NCBI GenBank assembly: GCA_963794325.1
Contig: CAWCDG010000007.1
Location: forward strand, 256,001 to 320,000
Origin: an uncultured delta proteobacterium
GTDB lineage: Bacteria > Desulfobacterota > Binatia > Binatales > Binataceae
Direction: 5' to 3'
DNA: 64,000 bases
Both the position numbers and the translations under genes were made by a program. The notes beneath the pieces are model-generated. The model had not been told where the DNA came from. It worked only from the letters and a program-made list of their open reading frames with translations, and did no database searches. Below are positions 28,093 to 37,837 of the stretch, one piece after another. Every line of letters begins with the position of its first letter. Position 1 is the stretch's first letter.

Positions 28093-28674
28093 ATGACGAA
28101 GTCGCGGAAACTCAATCCGATCGTTCTCGCGGTTGAAACTGCCACCAGCGAGCTCAACGATCTTCTAAACGCGATAGGATTGCGGATCTCACTTCTGCAA
28201 CATCAGGTCGAGGCGTCTGCGTTCGAAGCAGAAATTGTTCGCCTTGCCGGGCTGCTCGAGAAGGCGACTCAGCGGGTGCGGCTGCTCGACGAATATGCGC
28301 GCGCGGAGGCTCTGGTGGCCGCGATGCGGCCCGAGCGTCCCAGGCGACATACAACAATTTCCAGCGTCGCGAATCCTGATACGGCCTTGGATCGGAAACC
28401 GCGGACGGCTCTCCTGATTACCGACGCGGCCGAAGAAAATAGCGCGATCAAAGAATGCCTCGAGCGCAACGGATGCACCGTGGTGGTGGCGGAATCAACT
28501 GCGGCCGGATTGAAGATGCTCAGGTCCAATCAAAGTTTCGATCACATCCTGTGTGACTCTGCGTTTATCGCTGAGACCGGATCGAAGTTCACCGCGGAAC
28601 TGTCGCGAGCAGCTCCCGAATCGCGGGTGTACGTTTTACAACGACACATGCAATTCGCCAATCCCGCGGGCTGA
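28093..28674 (+). CDS. degenerate HisKA-like helix pair fused to an atypical receiver domain
   Basis: SELNDLLNAI resembles an H-box without the His; ALLITD...FDHILCD receiver pattern. Confidence 0.65.
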   Translation: MTKSRKLNPIVLAVETATSELNDLLNAIGLRISLLQHQVEASAFEAEIVRLAGLLEKATQRVRLLDEYARAEALVAAMRPERPRRHTTISSVANPDTALDRKPRTALLITDAAEENSAIKECLERNGCTVVVAESTAAGLKMLRSNQSFDHILCDSAFIAETGSKFTAELSRAAPESRVYVLQRHMQFANPAG

Positions 28675-28785
28675 GAATTTTTTGCACACAATCCCGAGCA
28701 TTTTCGCTGAGCATTTCGGTCGGAATGTGGAAAATACTACACATACTTTTTTCTGAATAATCAGCGTCCTCCCACCGTCCGGCAG

Positions 28786-28801
28786 TGGTATGGCAATTGC
28801 G
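28786..28801 (+). promoter_or_regulatory. sigma54 -24/-12 promoter
   Basis: TGGTATGGCAATTGCG (GG-N10-GC), 28 nt before the ATG with an AGGAGG RBS. Confidence 0.75.
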
Positions 28802-28829
28802 TTATCAGCTGTAGCGCAAGGAGGAGCAA

Positions 28830-29123
28830 ATGAAACGCGAAATACATTGGTATCTGTTGACCACGGTAGTTGCGACCTTCGCAATTGTTGGCACCGCATT
28901 TTGTCTGAATCCTTCTTACAACACGAAGTATCAGCTAATTGCTGACAATTCAGTTCCGGTCAAACGAAGCATAATCAAAGTGCATACGGACCACGGCGTG
29001 ATCGCTATACCCGGTGATGCTGATTCATGGGAAGCGGCGGAGCGCGCAGTGTTTTTGGCCGACAGCATTGCCGATTTGCAAATAGCCAATAGCGAAGTTC
29101 CGTGGCAGATCGCAATGGAGTAG
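28830..29123 (+). CDS. small exported protein with a degenerate BON domain
   Basis: Strong RBS; signal-like N-terminus; IKVHTDHGVIAIPGDADSWEAAERAVFLA. Confidence 0.6.
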   Translation: MKREIHWYLLTTVVATFAIVGTAFCLNPSYNTKYQLIADNSVPVKRSIIKVHTDHGVIAIPGDADSWEAAERAVFLADSIADLQIANSEVPWQIAME

Positions 29124-29204
29124 CTATTCCGTATCTACTGCAAAATATACTTTTGATTACTCACTTGATTAAACAGTAGCTATAGTTAGCAGCTTGGTGT
29201 TCGC

Positions 29205-29633
29205 ATGAAATCCGTCACAGTCAAATTCATTAGCGCGGGGTTGCTTTCCAGTCTCGCGATGTTCTCGATTCCCGTTTCGACGTGTCTGGCACAGCAGCAA
29301 GTGACTGACAACAATCCTGCCGTGACTACCGAACGATCGATAACACTGGAAGATGACGACGTGCAGACTTCAGCCGAACATCGCTACAACTCTCCCGCCG
29401 AACGCGCGAAGGATGACCTGCTGATAACCGAAGTGAAGAGTTCGCTGGCCGAGCGAGGCATCTCGGATCGATACCCGGTGGAAGTCGATTGCGACCATGG
29501 AACGATCCAGCTGAGCGGTGTTGTGGCGTCAGCCGATGCTGCGCGGCAGGCAGAAGCAATCGCGCTTAACACGAAAGGCGTGGTCGGGGTCAAGGACAAG
29601 CTGACCTGGCGCCAGACTTCATCCTCGCAGTAG
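29205..29633 (+). CDS. BON-domain (OsmY-like) protein
   Basis: DDLLITEVKSSL...VEVDCDHGTIQLSGVV...GVVGVKDKL. Confidence 0.88.
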   Translation: MKSVTVKFISAGLLSSLAMFSIPVSTCLAQQQVTDNNPAVTTERSITLEDDDVQTSAEHRYNSPAERAKDDLLITEVKSSLAERGISDRYPVEVDCDHGTIQLSGVVASADAARQAEAIALNTKGVVGVKDKLTWRQTSSSQ

Positions 29634-30566
29634 CGGGATAACCTCCCGCGCGAACTGCTCATGCTGCGCGTCGCGATCGCTCGGCGCTGAGATAACGTCC
29701 ACATTGACGTCACGAATTCCCGCTTTGACGAACTCGTCGATTCTCGCGGCGACATCCGCGGGCTTGCCGATCGCGGCGTAGCGTTTTGCAGGCTCGCGAA
29801 AGTCCATCGCGTAACGCTTGCTCAGGTGCGTCGCGGCGACATCGAGCGCAGCTTCATAGCTGGGCCCGAGCGTCACGAACAAATGCAACGCAGTGCCGAA
29901 GTGATCGAACTTGCGGCCTGCTTTGTCGGCCTCAGCAGCGATGAACTCGAGTCCCTCGCTGACCCGCTTGGGCGTCACCACGTATGGCATCCATCCGTCG
30001 CCCAGCCGCGCCGCGCGCTTGAGCGCAGCTTCGGCGCGTCCTCCGACCCATACCGGAGGTCCGCCGGGCGTGCGTGGCTTCGGCAGCATCGTGACTTTCC
30101 CGAAGCTGAAATACTTGCCGTGATACTCGACCGGTTCTCCGGTCCAGAGCCGCTTGATTATTTCGATCGCTTCGTTGGCGCGTCCGCCGCGTTGGTTCAG
30201 GAGGATGCCGCATGCTTCGTACTCGCGGGGAAATTCGCCGCCGACTCCGACGCCGAAAATAAAGTGTCCCGCAGCCATCAGGCGATCCACCGTCGCAACC
30301 ATCTTGGCGACCGTCGTGGGATGGCGCAGCGGTAACAAGAAAATGCTGGTGCCGAAAATCAGGTTCGGCTTAAGCGCCGACAGGTAAGTGAGTTGTGTCA
30401 AAGGATCGTCGACGGGTCCGGTGAACGCGACATGGTCTCCGGTCCAGATACTGTCGTAGCCCCACTCCGACAGGGTGTTGACGGTCTTGAGCGCATGGTC
30501 GCGATCCGCGGCGGTCGCCATCGCGCCGAATCTGACCTTCGAATTCAGCGGTAGTGCATTACTCAT
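29619..30566 (-). CDS. LLM-class (luciferase-like) flavin/F420-dependent oxidoreductase
   Basis: GYDSIWTGDHV, LPLRHP, GVGVGGE, PPVWVGG. Confidence 0.9.
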   Translation of the reverse strand: MSNALPLNSKVRFGAMATAADRDHALKTVNTLSEWGYDSIWTGDHVAFTGPVDDPLTQLTYLSALKPNLIFGTSIFLLPLRHPTTVAKMVATVDRLMAAGHFIFGVGVGGEFPREYEACGILLNQRGGRANEAIEIIKRLWTGEPVEYHGKYFSFGKVTMLPKPRTPGGPPVWVGGRAEAALKRAARLGDGWMPYVVTPKRVSEGLEFIAAEADKAGRKFDHFGTALHLFVTLGPSYEAALDVAATHLSKRYAMDFREPAKRYAAIGKPADVAARIDEFVKAGIRDVNVDVISAPSDRDAQHEQFAREVIPLLRG

Positions 30567-30569
30567 AAA

Positions 30570-31355
30570 TCACACCGAGCGAAGCGCGCCGCCGTCGACG
30601 CGGATCAACGAACCCGTCACGTAGGCGGCCAGCGGACTGGCGAGGAACGCAGCGACCGCGCCGAATTCCGCGGGAGTGCCGAGCCGTCCGACCGGGATTG
30701 CCTGCGCGTTTCGTTGGATAGCTTCCTCGACCGAAATCTTCTGGCGCTCCGCAGCCGCGGTGCTTATCTGAAGAATCCGATCCGTCTTAATTGCGCCGGG
30801 CAGAAGCGTGTTGACCGTGATTCCGTCGCGCGCGACCTCGCCCGCAAGAGTCTTGGCCCATCCGACGATCGAGCTGCGCAACGTATTCGAAACTCCGATC
30901 GCGGCGATCGGCTCGACCACGCTGGTCGATGCGACGTTCAGGATTCGTCCCCATTTGCGCGCGCGCATGTCGCCCAGCAGCAAGTCGGTGATTCGAAACA
31001 ACGGCATCACCATCGCATGGAATTGGTCCTCCCATACTTTGGCGGACACTCCTGCCACGCCGGACGGCGGCGGGCCGCCGGAATTGTTGAGCAGGATGTC
31101 GATCGCTCCAAGTTGTTTTCGCGCCTCATTGGCGGCAGCTTCGAGTGTCGGCCAGTTCGCGAGGTCCGCCGCAAATCCTGCAGCCTTGGCGCCTCGCGAG
31201 GTGATTTCCGAGACGGCGCGATCAAGCGCCTCCTGTCCGCGCGCTACAATCGCGACCGCAACGCCCTCCGCCGCTAGCGCGTCGGCAACGCCGCGACCGA
31301 GTCCTTTGCTACCGCCGAGAATCAGCGCCGTTTTTCCTTTGAGTTGAAGATCCAT
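30570..31355 (-). CDS. short-chain dehydrogenase/reductase
   Basis: GGSKGLG, NNSGGPP, GITVNTLLPG, VDGG. Confidence 0.92.
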   Translation of the reverse strand: MDLQLKGKTALILGGSKGLGRGVADALAAEGVAVAIVARGQEALDRAVSEITSRGAKAAGFAADLANWPTLEAAANEARKQLGAIDILLNNSGGPPPSGVAGVSAKVWEDQFHAMVMPLFRITDLLLGDMRARKWGRILNVASTSVVEPIAAIGVSNTLRSSIVGWAKTLAGEVARDGITVNTLLPGAIKTDRILQISTAAAERQKISVEEAIQRNAQAIPVGRLGTPAEFGAVAAFLASPLAAYVTGSLIRVDGGALRSV

Positions 31356-31378
31356 TTCATTTCACCGATCTCTGATCG

Positions 31379-31942
31379 TTACGGATTCTGCTTCGGTGCG
31401 CCCGGCAGCCAATGGTCCAGCGGCACGCCGAAACTGTTGAGCGCCCACGATACGAGGTTGTACTGCCCGATCGTGAACACCGCATCCATCATTTGCTCGA
31501 TACTGTAGCGCGCGGACAACTGCTTCCAGGTCTCCTCGGAGACGACGGAGTTCTCGTATAAATCGTCGGCAGCCTGAAGCAGTGCGGCTTCGTGTTTGTC
31601 CCATCCGGCCTTGGGACCCTTGCTGATGCGATCGATCTCGTCGTCGGTGAGTCCGGCGGCCTTGCCGATTCGCACGTGCTGTTCCCATTCGTAGGGCGCC
31701 TGGTTGAGCCAGCCGATGCGCAGAATCAAAATCTCGCGGTCGCGCACCGGCAGCGTCTGACGCGTGGACAGGATATATCCGCCGAAGCGGCCCCAGCTGC
31801 GCGTGAGCTTCGGGTGATTCATCAGCACCTTGAAAATGTTGATCACGTCGCCGTTAACGATGTTGCGGTCGGCCATCTCGCGATCTTCGGGGCTCAGAGT
31901 CGAAAGATCGCGGAAAGGGATTCGTTGTTTTCTCGCAGTCAC
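31379..31942 (-). CDS. carboxymuconolactone decarboxylase/AhpD-like protein
   Basis: REILILRIG..NQAPYEWEQH. Confidence 0.85.
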   Translation of the reverse strand: MTARKQRIPFRDLSTLSPEDREMADRNIVNGDVINIFKVLMNHPKLTRSWGRFGGYILSTRQTLPVRDREILILRIGWLNQAPYEWEQHVRIGKAAGLTDDEIDRISKGPKAGWDKHEAALLQAADDLYENSVVSEETWKQLSARYSIEQMMDAVFTIGQYNLVSWALNSFGVPLDHWLPGAPKQNP

Positions 31943-32070
31943 GGGTGCTCCTCCGTCGATGTTTATTATGTGCGGGACAAACCGTTCGTCCGATCAGGTT
32001 TAATCCACAATCAGATTTTTCTCCAGCCGCCTTGCACCGGCGCGTCGCAGCGCGCGTAATTAGCTCGTCC

Positions 32071-33247
32071 ATGGAATCGTTTGACGTCGTGATCGTGGGG
32101 GCCGGGGCGGCCGGGCTGATGTGCGCGATGACGGCCGGCGCTCGCGGACGGCGGGTTCTGATTCTCGAGCACAACGAGGAGGCTGGCGCCAAGATTCTCA
32201 TCTCGGGCGGCGGGCGCTGCAATTTTACCAATCTTGAAATTGCGCCGGAGCGCTTCCTTTCGGCGAACCCGAATTTCTGCAAGTCCGCGCTCAGCCGCTA
32301 CACGCAGCATGATTTTATCGCGCTGGTCGAGCGACATCGGATTCGTTATCACGAGAAGACTCTGGGCCAATTGTTTTGCGACGGATCGGCGCGCGAGATC
32401 CTCGCGATGCTGCTGGCGGAGTGCGCGGCCGCGCGCGTCGATTTGCGGACCAGGCAAAAGCGTGACGGGAATAACGCGCGCCGATCGCTTTCGGATCGAG
32501 ACCAACAAAGGCAGCTTCGAGGCGCCGGCCTTGGTGCTCGCGACCGGCGGCCTTTCAATTCCAAAGATGGGCGCGACCGGCTTTGCATACGACATGGCCC
32601 GGCGCTTCGATCTTCCAATTATCGAGCCGCGGCCCGGACTGGTGCCGCTGAAGTTCGCCGGCGAGACGCTCGAACTTTGCAAAGACCTCACAGGCGTGTC
32701 GGTGGATGTTGTCGTTTCAAGCGGCCGCGACAGTTTTCGCGAGAATATTTTGTTCACGCATCGCGGCCTGTCAGGTCCGGCCATTTTGCAGATTTCGTCG
32801 TACTGGCAGGAAGGCGGCACGTTGTCGATCGACCTCGCACCGTCATTGGAAGTCGAGAGTTTCCTGGCGGATCGAAAGCGCACGCGGCCAAAGGCCGAGC
32901 TCAAAACCATTCTCGCAGAGGTGCTTCCGACTCGCCTGGCGCATGCGCTCGCGGGCGCCGCGACCTCCAACATCCCAATCGCGAATGTGCCCGACCGCGA
33001 CCTTTTGAACCTGGCGCATCGGCTGAAGCGATGGCAGCTCAAACCGGCCGGCTCCGAAGGATGGGCGAAAGCCGAAGTTACCGTTTGCGGAATCGACACT
33101 GCCGCGCTCTCTTCGAAAACAATGGAGGCGCGCGCCGTGCCGGGGCTATTTGTGATTGGCGAAGCGGTGGACGTGACGGGATGGCTCGGCGGTTACAATT
33201 TCCAGTGGGCGTGGTCGAGCGGATGGTGCGCGGGGAGCGCGGTGTGA
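32071..33247 (+). CDS. HI0933/YhiN-family flavoprotein with a +1 frameshift near 32452
   Basis: GAGAAG and KILISGGGRCNFTN in the first frame; LATGGLSIPKMG, LFTHRGLSGP and GGYNFQWAWSSG in the next frame. Confidence 0.9.
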
Positions 33248-33293
33248 GCGCACCTAAAGCGTAAATGTGACAGAAGTCGGTGCTCGGTGCACG

Positions 33294-33370
33294 CTAACCC
33301 CTGCCCCATGGTGGGAAGGGGAACCGGAATATGAGGCCCTAACCCATTCCCGAATTGGCAAGGGTGCCGG
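33294..33370. repeat. REP-like pair between convergent genes
   Basis: CTAACCCCTGCCCC...GGGAAGGGGAACCGG and CTAACCCATTCCC...GGCAAGGGTGCCGG. Confidence 0.5.
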
Positions 33371-33379
33371 TGTTTTGGC

Positions 33380-34615
33380 TCAGGCGGCTTTGCGGGCGCT
33401 GGGGGTCAGGCGGACCGGCAGGTGCTTCAGGCCGTTGATGAAATTCGAGCGCAGGCGCTTGACCGGGCCGGTGGGCTCGACCGTTGCGACCCGCTTCACC
33501 AGTTCTTCGAACAGGATGCTCATTTCCATCCGCGCGAGGCTCGCGCCGAGACAGAAATGCGGGCCACCGCCACCGAATGCCACGTGTTGATTGGGCGTGC
33601 GCCTGATGTCGAAGGTGAACGGATTCGGGAAAATTTCTTCGTCGCGATTGGCCGAGATATACCAGATGCTGACCTTGTCGCCCGCTTTGATTTTTTGTCC
33701 CCGAATCACGGTGTCCTTCGTCACATTGCGGCGGAAGAACATTACCGGAGACGCCCAGCGCAGGATTTCCTCGGTGGCCGCCGGCACGAGCGCGGGATTG
33801 CCGGCGAGCATCGCGAACTGATCGGGATTCTCGATGAGCGCATGCATGCCGTGCGACATCGCATTGCGCGTCGTCTCATTACCGGCCACCGCGAGCAGCA
33901 GGAAAAATACGTTGAAGTCCATCTCGGAGAGTTTGTCGCCGTCGAGGTCTGCTTTGAGCAGCGCGGTCACGATGTCGTCGCGCGGATGCTCGCGGCGCTG
34001 CTTGGCAAGCTCGTTCGAGTACATGTACATCTCGATCGCAGCCTGCTGGACCTTTTCCTGGCTGACCGCGTATTCGGGATCCTTGCTGCCGATCATGCGG
34101 TTGCTCCATTCGAAGAGCTTGTGCCGATCTTCGTACGGCACGCCCAGCATCTCCGCGATCACCTGCAACGGAAGCTCCGCGGCGACGTCAGTGACGAAAT
34201 CGCAATCGCGCCTTTCGAGCGCCGGATCGAGGATTTTCGTCACCATCTCGCGGACGTGAGTGCTGAGCGCGTTGATCATGCGCGGCGTGAATCCTCGATT
34301 TACCAGCGAGCGGTAGCGCGTGTGATCGGGCGCGTCCATCGTGAGCATCATGCGTCCCTGCGCGGAAATATCGGCGGCCGCCTCGGTGTCCTCCAGCGCG
34401 ACGACGCCGCCGCGAGACTGCTCCGATGAGTAGGTGACGCCGTCGCGGCCCACTTCGACCACGTCGTCGTAGCGCGTGATTACCCAGAACCCCGGACCGC
34501 CCGGCTCTTGATGTTTGAAGACAGGGGCGTTGTGCCGAAGCCAGGTGAACCATTCGTGCGGAACCTTGTTTTCGAACACCAATGGGTCGAGCAGATTGAT
34601 CTCGCCAGCTTCCAC
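33380..34615 (-). CDS. cytochrome P450 (CYP125/124-like)
   Basis: AGNETT, EEILR, FGGGGPHFCLG. Confidence 0.95.
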   Translation of the reverse strand: MEAGEINLLDPLVFENKVPHEWFTWLRHNAPVFKHQEPGGPGFWVITRYDDVVEVGRDGVTYSSEQSRGGVVALEDTEAAADISAQGRMMLTMDAPDHTRYRSLVNRGFTPRMINALSTHVREMVTKILDPALERRDCDFVTDVAAELPLQVIAEMLGVPYEDRHKLFEWSNRMIGSKDPEYAVSQEKVQQAAIEMYMYSNELAKQRREHPRDDIVTALLKADLDGDKLSEMDFNVFFLLLAVAGNETTRNAMSHGMHALIENPDQFAMLAGNPALVPAATEEILRWASPVMFFRRNVTKDTVIRGQKIKAGDKVSIWYISANRDEEIFPNPFTFDIRRTPNQHVAFGGGGPHFCLGASLARMEMSILFEELVKRVATVEPTGPVKRLRSNFINGLKHLPVRLTPSARKAA

Positions 34616-34717
34616 GGCGGCTCCTCCGAACTATCGGAAATAGAATGCGCTCTAATCTACCAAGAGTTCAGGCGCATGCGTCAATCGGTCGAAACGGGGA
34701 ACTGAGGAACGATTGAA

Positions 34718-34970
34718 TGTGAAACCCGCGGTGGGTTTCACGCTTCCTTCGGCAGGGGTGACCCCTGCACCCAGTGAGAATCGCAAAATGTCGAGGACGA
34801 CCTTTTGCTCTCAGGTTCGGGGGAGGACGGTCCGGGAATTTACCTCGCCCGTTATTTTACGGGAGAGGCGACCGGCGGGCGCAGCCGCCGGTTGGTGAGG
34901 GTTCTGGGCCACATCACAATACCTAGCCGACTGACTCTTTGTGTCATTCAGAGCGGAGCGAAGAATCCCG
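34718..34970. repeat. intergenic REP/hairpin mosaic
   Basis: GTGAAACCC-GCGGT-GGGTTTCAC hairpin; CCTCGCCCGT...ACGGGAGAGG...GGTGAGGG; TGTCATTCAGAGCGGAGCGAAGAATCCC (same motif family as 835-910). Confidence 0.6.
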
Positions 34971-35083
34971 GATCTTTTCTGTAGCAGCCATGCAACGGAT
35001 TCACTGCATTTCGTCATTCCCATTCCACCGCTAAGTAATCTAACATCACAGTCGGACTCGTGTTTCGAGGTCTGGAGGTCTTG

Positions 35084-36934
35084 ATGGATTCAGCGGATGC
35101 GAAAATTGCCGGCGGAGGGACTGCTACTGCCGCGGCTACTGTCCACGAGCCATTACCGCTGAGGATCAAGCTTCTCTACGGCGCCCCCAGTTTCGCGGGC
35201 GCCGCGATGATCATCCCGATCCTAATCCTCATGCCGAAGTTCTATGCCGACGTGGTGCTGGTGCCGCTGGGATACCTCGCGATGGCGATCGCGATCGCTC
35301 GTTCGCTCGACGCGCTCAGCGATCCCCTGATGGGCTGGATTTCCGATCACACGCACACGCGCCTCGGCAGACGTCGTCCTTACATGCTGATCGGCGCTCC
35401 GCTGTGCGGCATCGCGTTTTTCTGCCTGCTGAATCCGCCGGAGGCGTTCAAAGGAAAGGACGCCGCGATCTGGTTCGGTATCACGTTCATCCTTTATTTC
35501 ATCTTTCACACATCTTACGTTCTGCCGCATTACGCGCTCGGGCCGGAACTCACGCAGAATTATCACGACCGCTCGACGCTGTTCGCCTGGCGCGAGTCGT
35601 TCACAATCCTCGGCACGATCGTCGCCGCCGGGGCGCCGGGCGTCATGATGAAGACCATGCATCTGAACGATCGTCAGGTGTTCTTCAGGCTCGGCATCTT
35701 CTTCGGCGTATTGCTCACCCTGCTGTACTGGCTGCTGGTGTTAACGATAAAGGAGCGGCCCGATTTCGTCGCGCGCGAGTCTAATCCGCTGGTGCCGGGC
35801 GTGCGACGCGCGCTGCGCAACCGCCCTTTCGGCATTCTGCTTGGCAGCTACGCAGTCGGGAGCATCGCGGGCGCGATTCCGGCCACTATGATGCCGTTCT
35901 TTACCCAATATGTAATACATCCTGCTGATCCCATCGTGTGGGTCTCCAAGCTGCTGGTCGGCTATTTCGGATTCGGATTTCTCTCTCTACCGATGTGGGT
36001 TTGGTTTGCGCGGCGAGTTGGAAAGCTCAACGCGTGGCTCACCAGCTTTTTTTTAGGCATCAGCGGTGGCGCTGCGATGTTCTTGCTGCGGCCCGGCGAC
36101 ATCCGGTGGCTGATGGTGCTGATTTGCTGGGCCGGGATTGGATTCGGCGCCGGCCTGTTTCTCACGCCGTCGATGCAGGCCGACGTGATCGACTACGACG
36201 AGCTGTACACCGGGAAGCGGCGCGAAGCGCAGTACACCGCGTTCTGGTCGATGCTGCCGAAGTTTATCGCGATTCCCAGTGCCGCGATTCCGTTCGCGAT
36301 TCTGGCCTCGCTCGGCTACGTCCCCAACGCCGCGCAATCGCCGCACGTGGTGTTTGCGATACGTGCGATTTTCGCGCTCACCCCTGCGGCTTGCTCGGCC
36401 CTCTCGTTCCTGATCGCGCGCCACTTCCCGATTACGCAGGCGATCCATACAGCGATCCTGGATGGAATCGAGCGACACGCGCAGGGCGAACCTGCGCTCG
36501 ATCCGCTGACCAACATGATGGTCCCGCCGCCGAAGCCCGGCTACGACGATGATACCGGCTGGTTCCTCGATTACTTTTCCACTGGCGAGCTGAAGCGCTA
36601 CCTGGCCAGAGGCGGCTCGCAGCCGGTGCGCGACGTATTGGCGATGGCGGCAATATCAATCTGCGTGTCCGTGGCATCAGTCATCTACGTGCTGAATCGT
36701 GTTCACACGCTCAGCACCGATCCGGGCGCGCTGACTTCAGTGATCGTCGTGGCCGCTGGACTCGCGCTCGCGATCTTCGCCTTCCACATGATGCGGCTCG
36801 GACCCGCGCGGCGGCTGGCGGCAGGTGAGGTGCCCGCCGATGTCGTCAGAGCCCATCTTGGCGAGGTCGTCGAAGCGCTCCGTGAGGGAGTGCCGGCGCC
36901 AGTCGTCGCAGCCAGTGTCGTCGAGCCTAACTAG
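35084..36934 (+). CDS. GPH-family (MFS_2) cation symporter with a C-terminal extension
   Basis: DALSDPLMGWISD.T.TRLGRRRPY, ADVIDYDELYTGKRRE. Confidence 0.9.
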   Translation: MDSADAKIAGGGTATAAATVHEPLPLRIKLLYGAPSFAGAAMIIPILILMPKFYADVVLVPLGYLAMAIAIARSLDALSDPLMGWISDHTHTRLGRRRPYMLIGAPLCGIAFFCLLNPPEAFKGKDAAIWFGITFILYFIFHTSYVLPHYALGPELTQNYHDRSTLFAWRESFTILGTIVAAGAPGVMMKTMHLNDRQVFFRLGIFFGVLLTLLYWLLVLTIKERPDFVARESNPLVPGVRRALRNRPFGILLGSYAVGSIAGAIPATMMPFFTQYVIHPADPIVWVSKLLVGYFGFGFLSLPMWVWFARRVGKLNAWLTSFFLGISGGAAMFLLRPGDIRWLMVLICWAGIGFGAGLFLTPSMQADVIDYDELYTGKRREAQYTAFWSMLPKFIAIPSAAIPFAILASLGYVPNAAQSPHVVFAIRAIFALTPAACSALSFLIARHFPITQAIHTAILDGIERHAQGEPALDPLTNMMVPPPKPGYDDDTGWFLDYFSTGELKRYLARGGSQPVRDVLAMAAISICVSVASVIYVLNRVHTLSTDPGALTSVIVVAAGLALAIFAFHMMRLGPARRLAAGEVPADVVRAHLGEVVEALREGVPAPVVAASVVEPN

Positions 36935-37003
36935 CTGTTAGAAAAATAAAGGGACGCGCGCGTCGATGCCGGCTGAGCGCGTTCAACATCGGAGGTCTGG
37001 TCG

Positions 37004-37837
37004 ATGGCTTCAATCCCTGTGGTCTCCGCCAACGATGCTTCGTCAAAAGTTGTCGAGTGCCTCGAACGCGACGGGGCGGTTGTCGTCAGTGGCGTGACCG
37101 ACCGCGCGGTGCGCGACGCGGTCTTGCGCGAACTCGCGCCGCATCTGGAGATTGTCGATCCTGACGCCAGCATCAACAAGAAGTATGAAGCTGATGGCGG
37201 AACTTCGAATTTCTATCCCGGCAAGACCAAGCGGATCACAGCGCTGATCGCGCGATCGGAAACATTCCGGACCTTCGTGACTCATCCTCTGATGCTGTCG
37301 GCGTGCGACGCGATTCTTAAACCCAACTGCGTTCATTACCAGGTGCATGCCACGGCCGCGCTCAAAATCGGGCCGGGGGCGCGCGAGCAGGTGCTCCATC
37401 GCGAAGAGGATCCGTATCAATTTTTCAAAGTGCCTCGGCCGCGGATGATCCTCGCGAGCATGTGGGCGATTACCGATTTCACTGAGGCGAACGGCGGGAC
37501 TCTGATTGTTCCCGGCAGTCATCTGTGGCCACAGGATCGCGTCGCGCGTCCCGATGAGGTCGTTGGGGCCGCGATGCCGGCGGGGTCGGTGCTGCTCTGG
37601 ATGGGCGGCACATTGCACGGCGCCGGCGCGAATCGCACCGATGAATGGCGCTACGGAATCTTCCTGTCGTACTCGCTTGGATGGCTGCGGCAGGAGGAGA
37701 ATCAGTATATCGACGTTCCCGGCGACATCGCGCGGACGCTCGACAAACAAGTGCGCGATCTAGTCGGCTACAGAATGCATCTGGGGATTGGCTATGCGGA
37801 CGTCACCGTGAGAGACGGTCGCACAAAGAGGGACTGA
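37004..37837 (+). CDS. phytanoyl-CoA dioxygenase family (Fe/2OG)
   Basis: QVLHRE, TDFTEANGGT..VPGSH, HGAGAN, WLRQEENQ. Confidence 0.9.
   Translation: MASIPVVSANDASSKVVECLERDGAVVVSGVTDRAVRDAVLRELAPHLEIVDPDASINKKYEADGGTSNFYPGKTKRITALIARSETFRTFVTHPLMLSACDAILKPNCVHYQVHATAALKIGPGAREQVLHREEDPYQFFKVPRPRMILASMWAITDFTEANGGTLIVPGSHLWPQDRVARPDEVVGAAMPAGSVLLWMGGTLHGAGANRTDEWRYGIFLSYSLGWLRQEENQYIDVPGDIARTLDKQVRDLVGYRMHLGIGYADVTVRDGRTKRD

Noticed and set aside
34700-35040. Riboswitch or sRNA upstream of the GPH transporter
   Set aside because: No riboswitch consensus was recognised and most hairpins match REP motifs seen elsewhere in the window. An Rfam scan would settle it.
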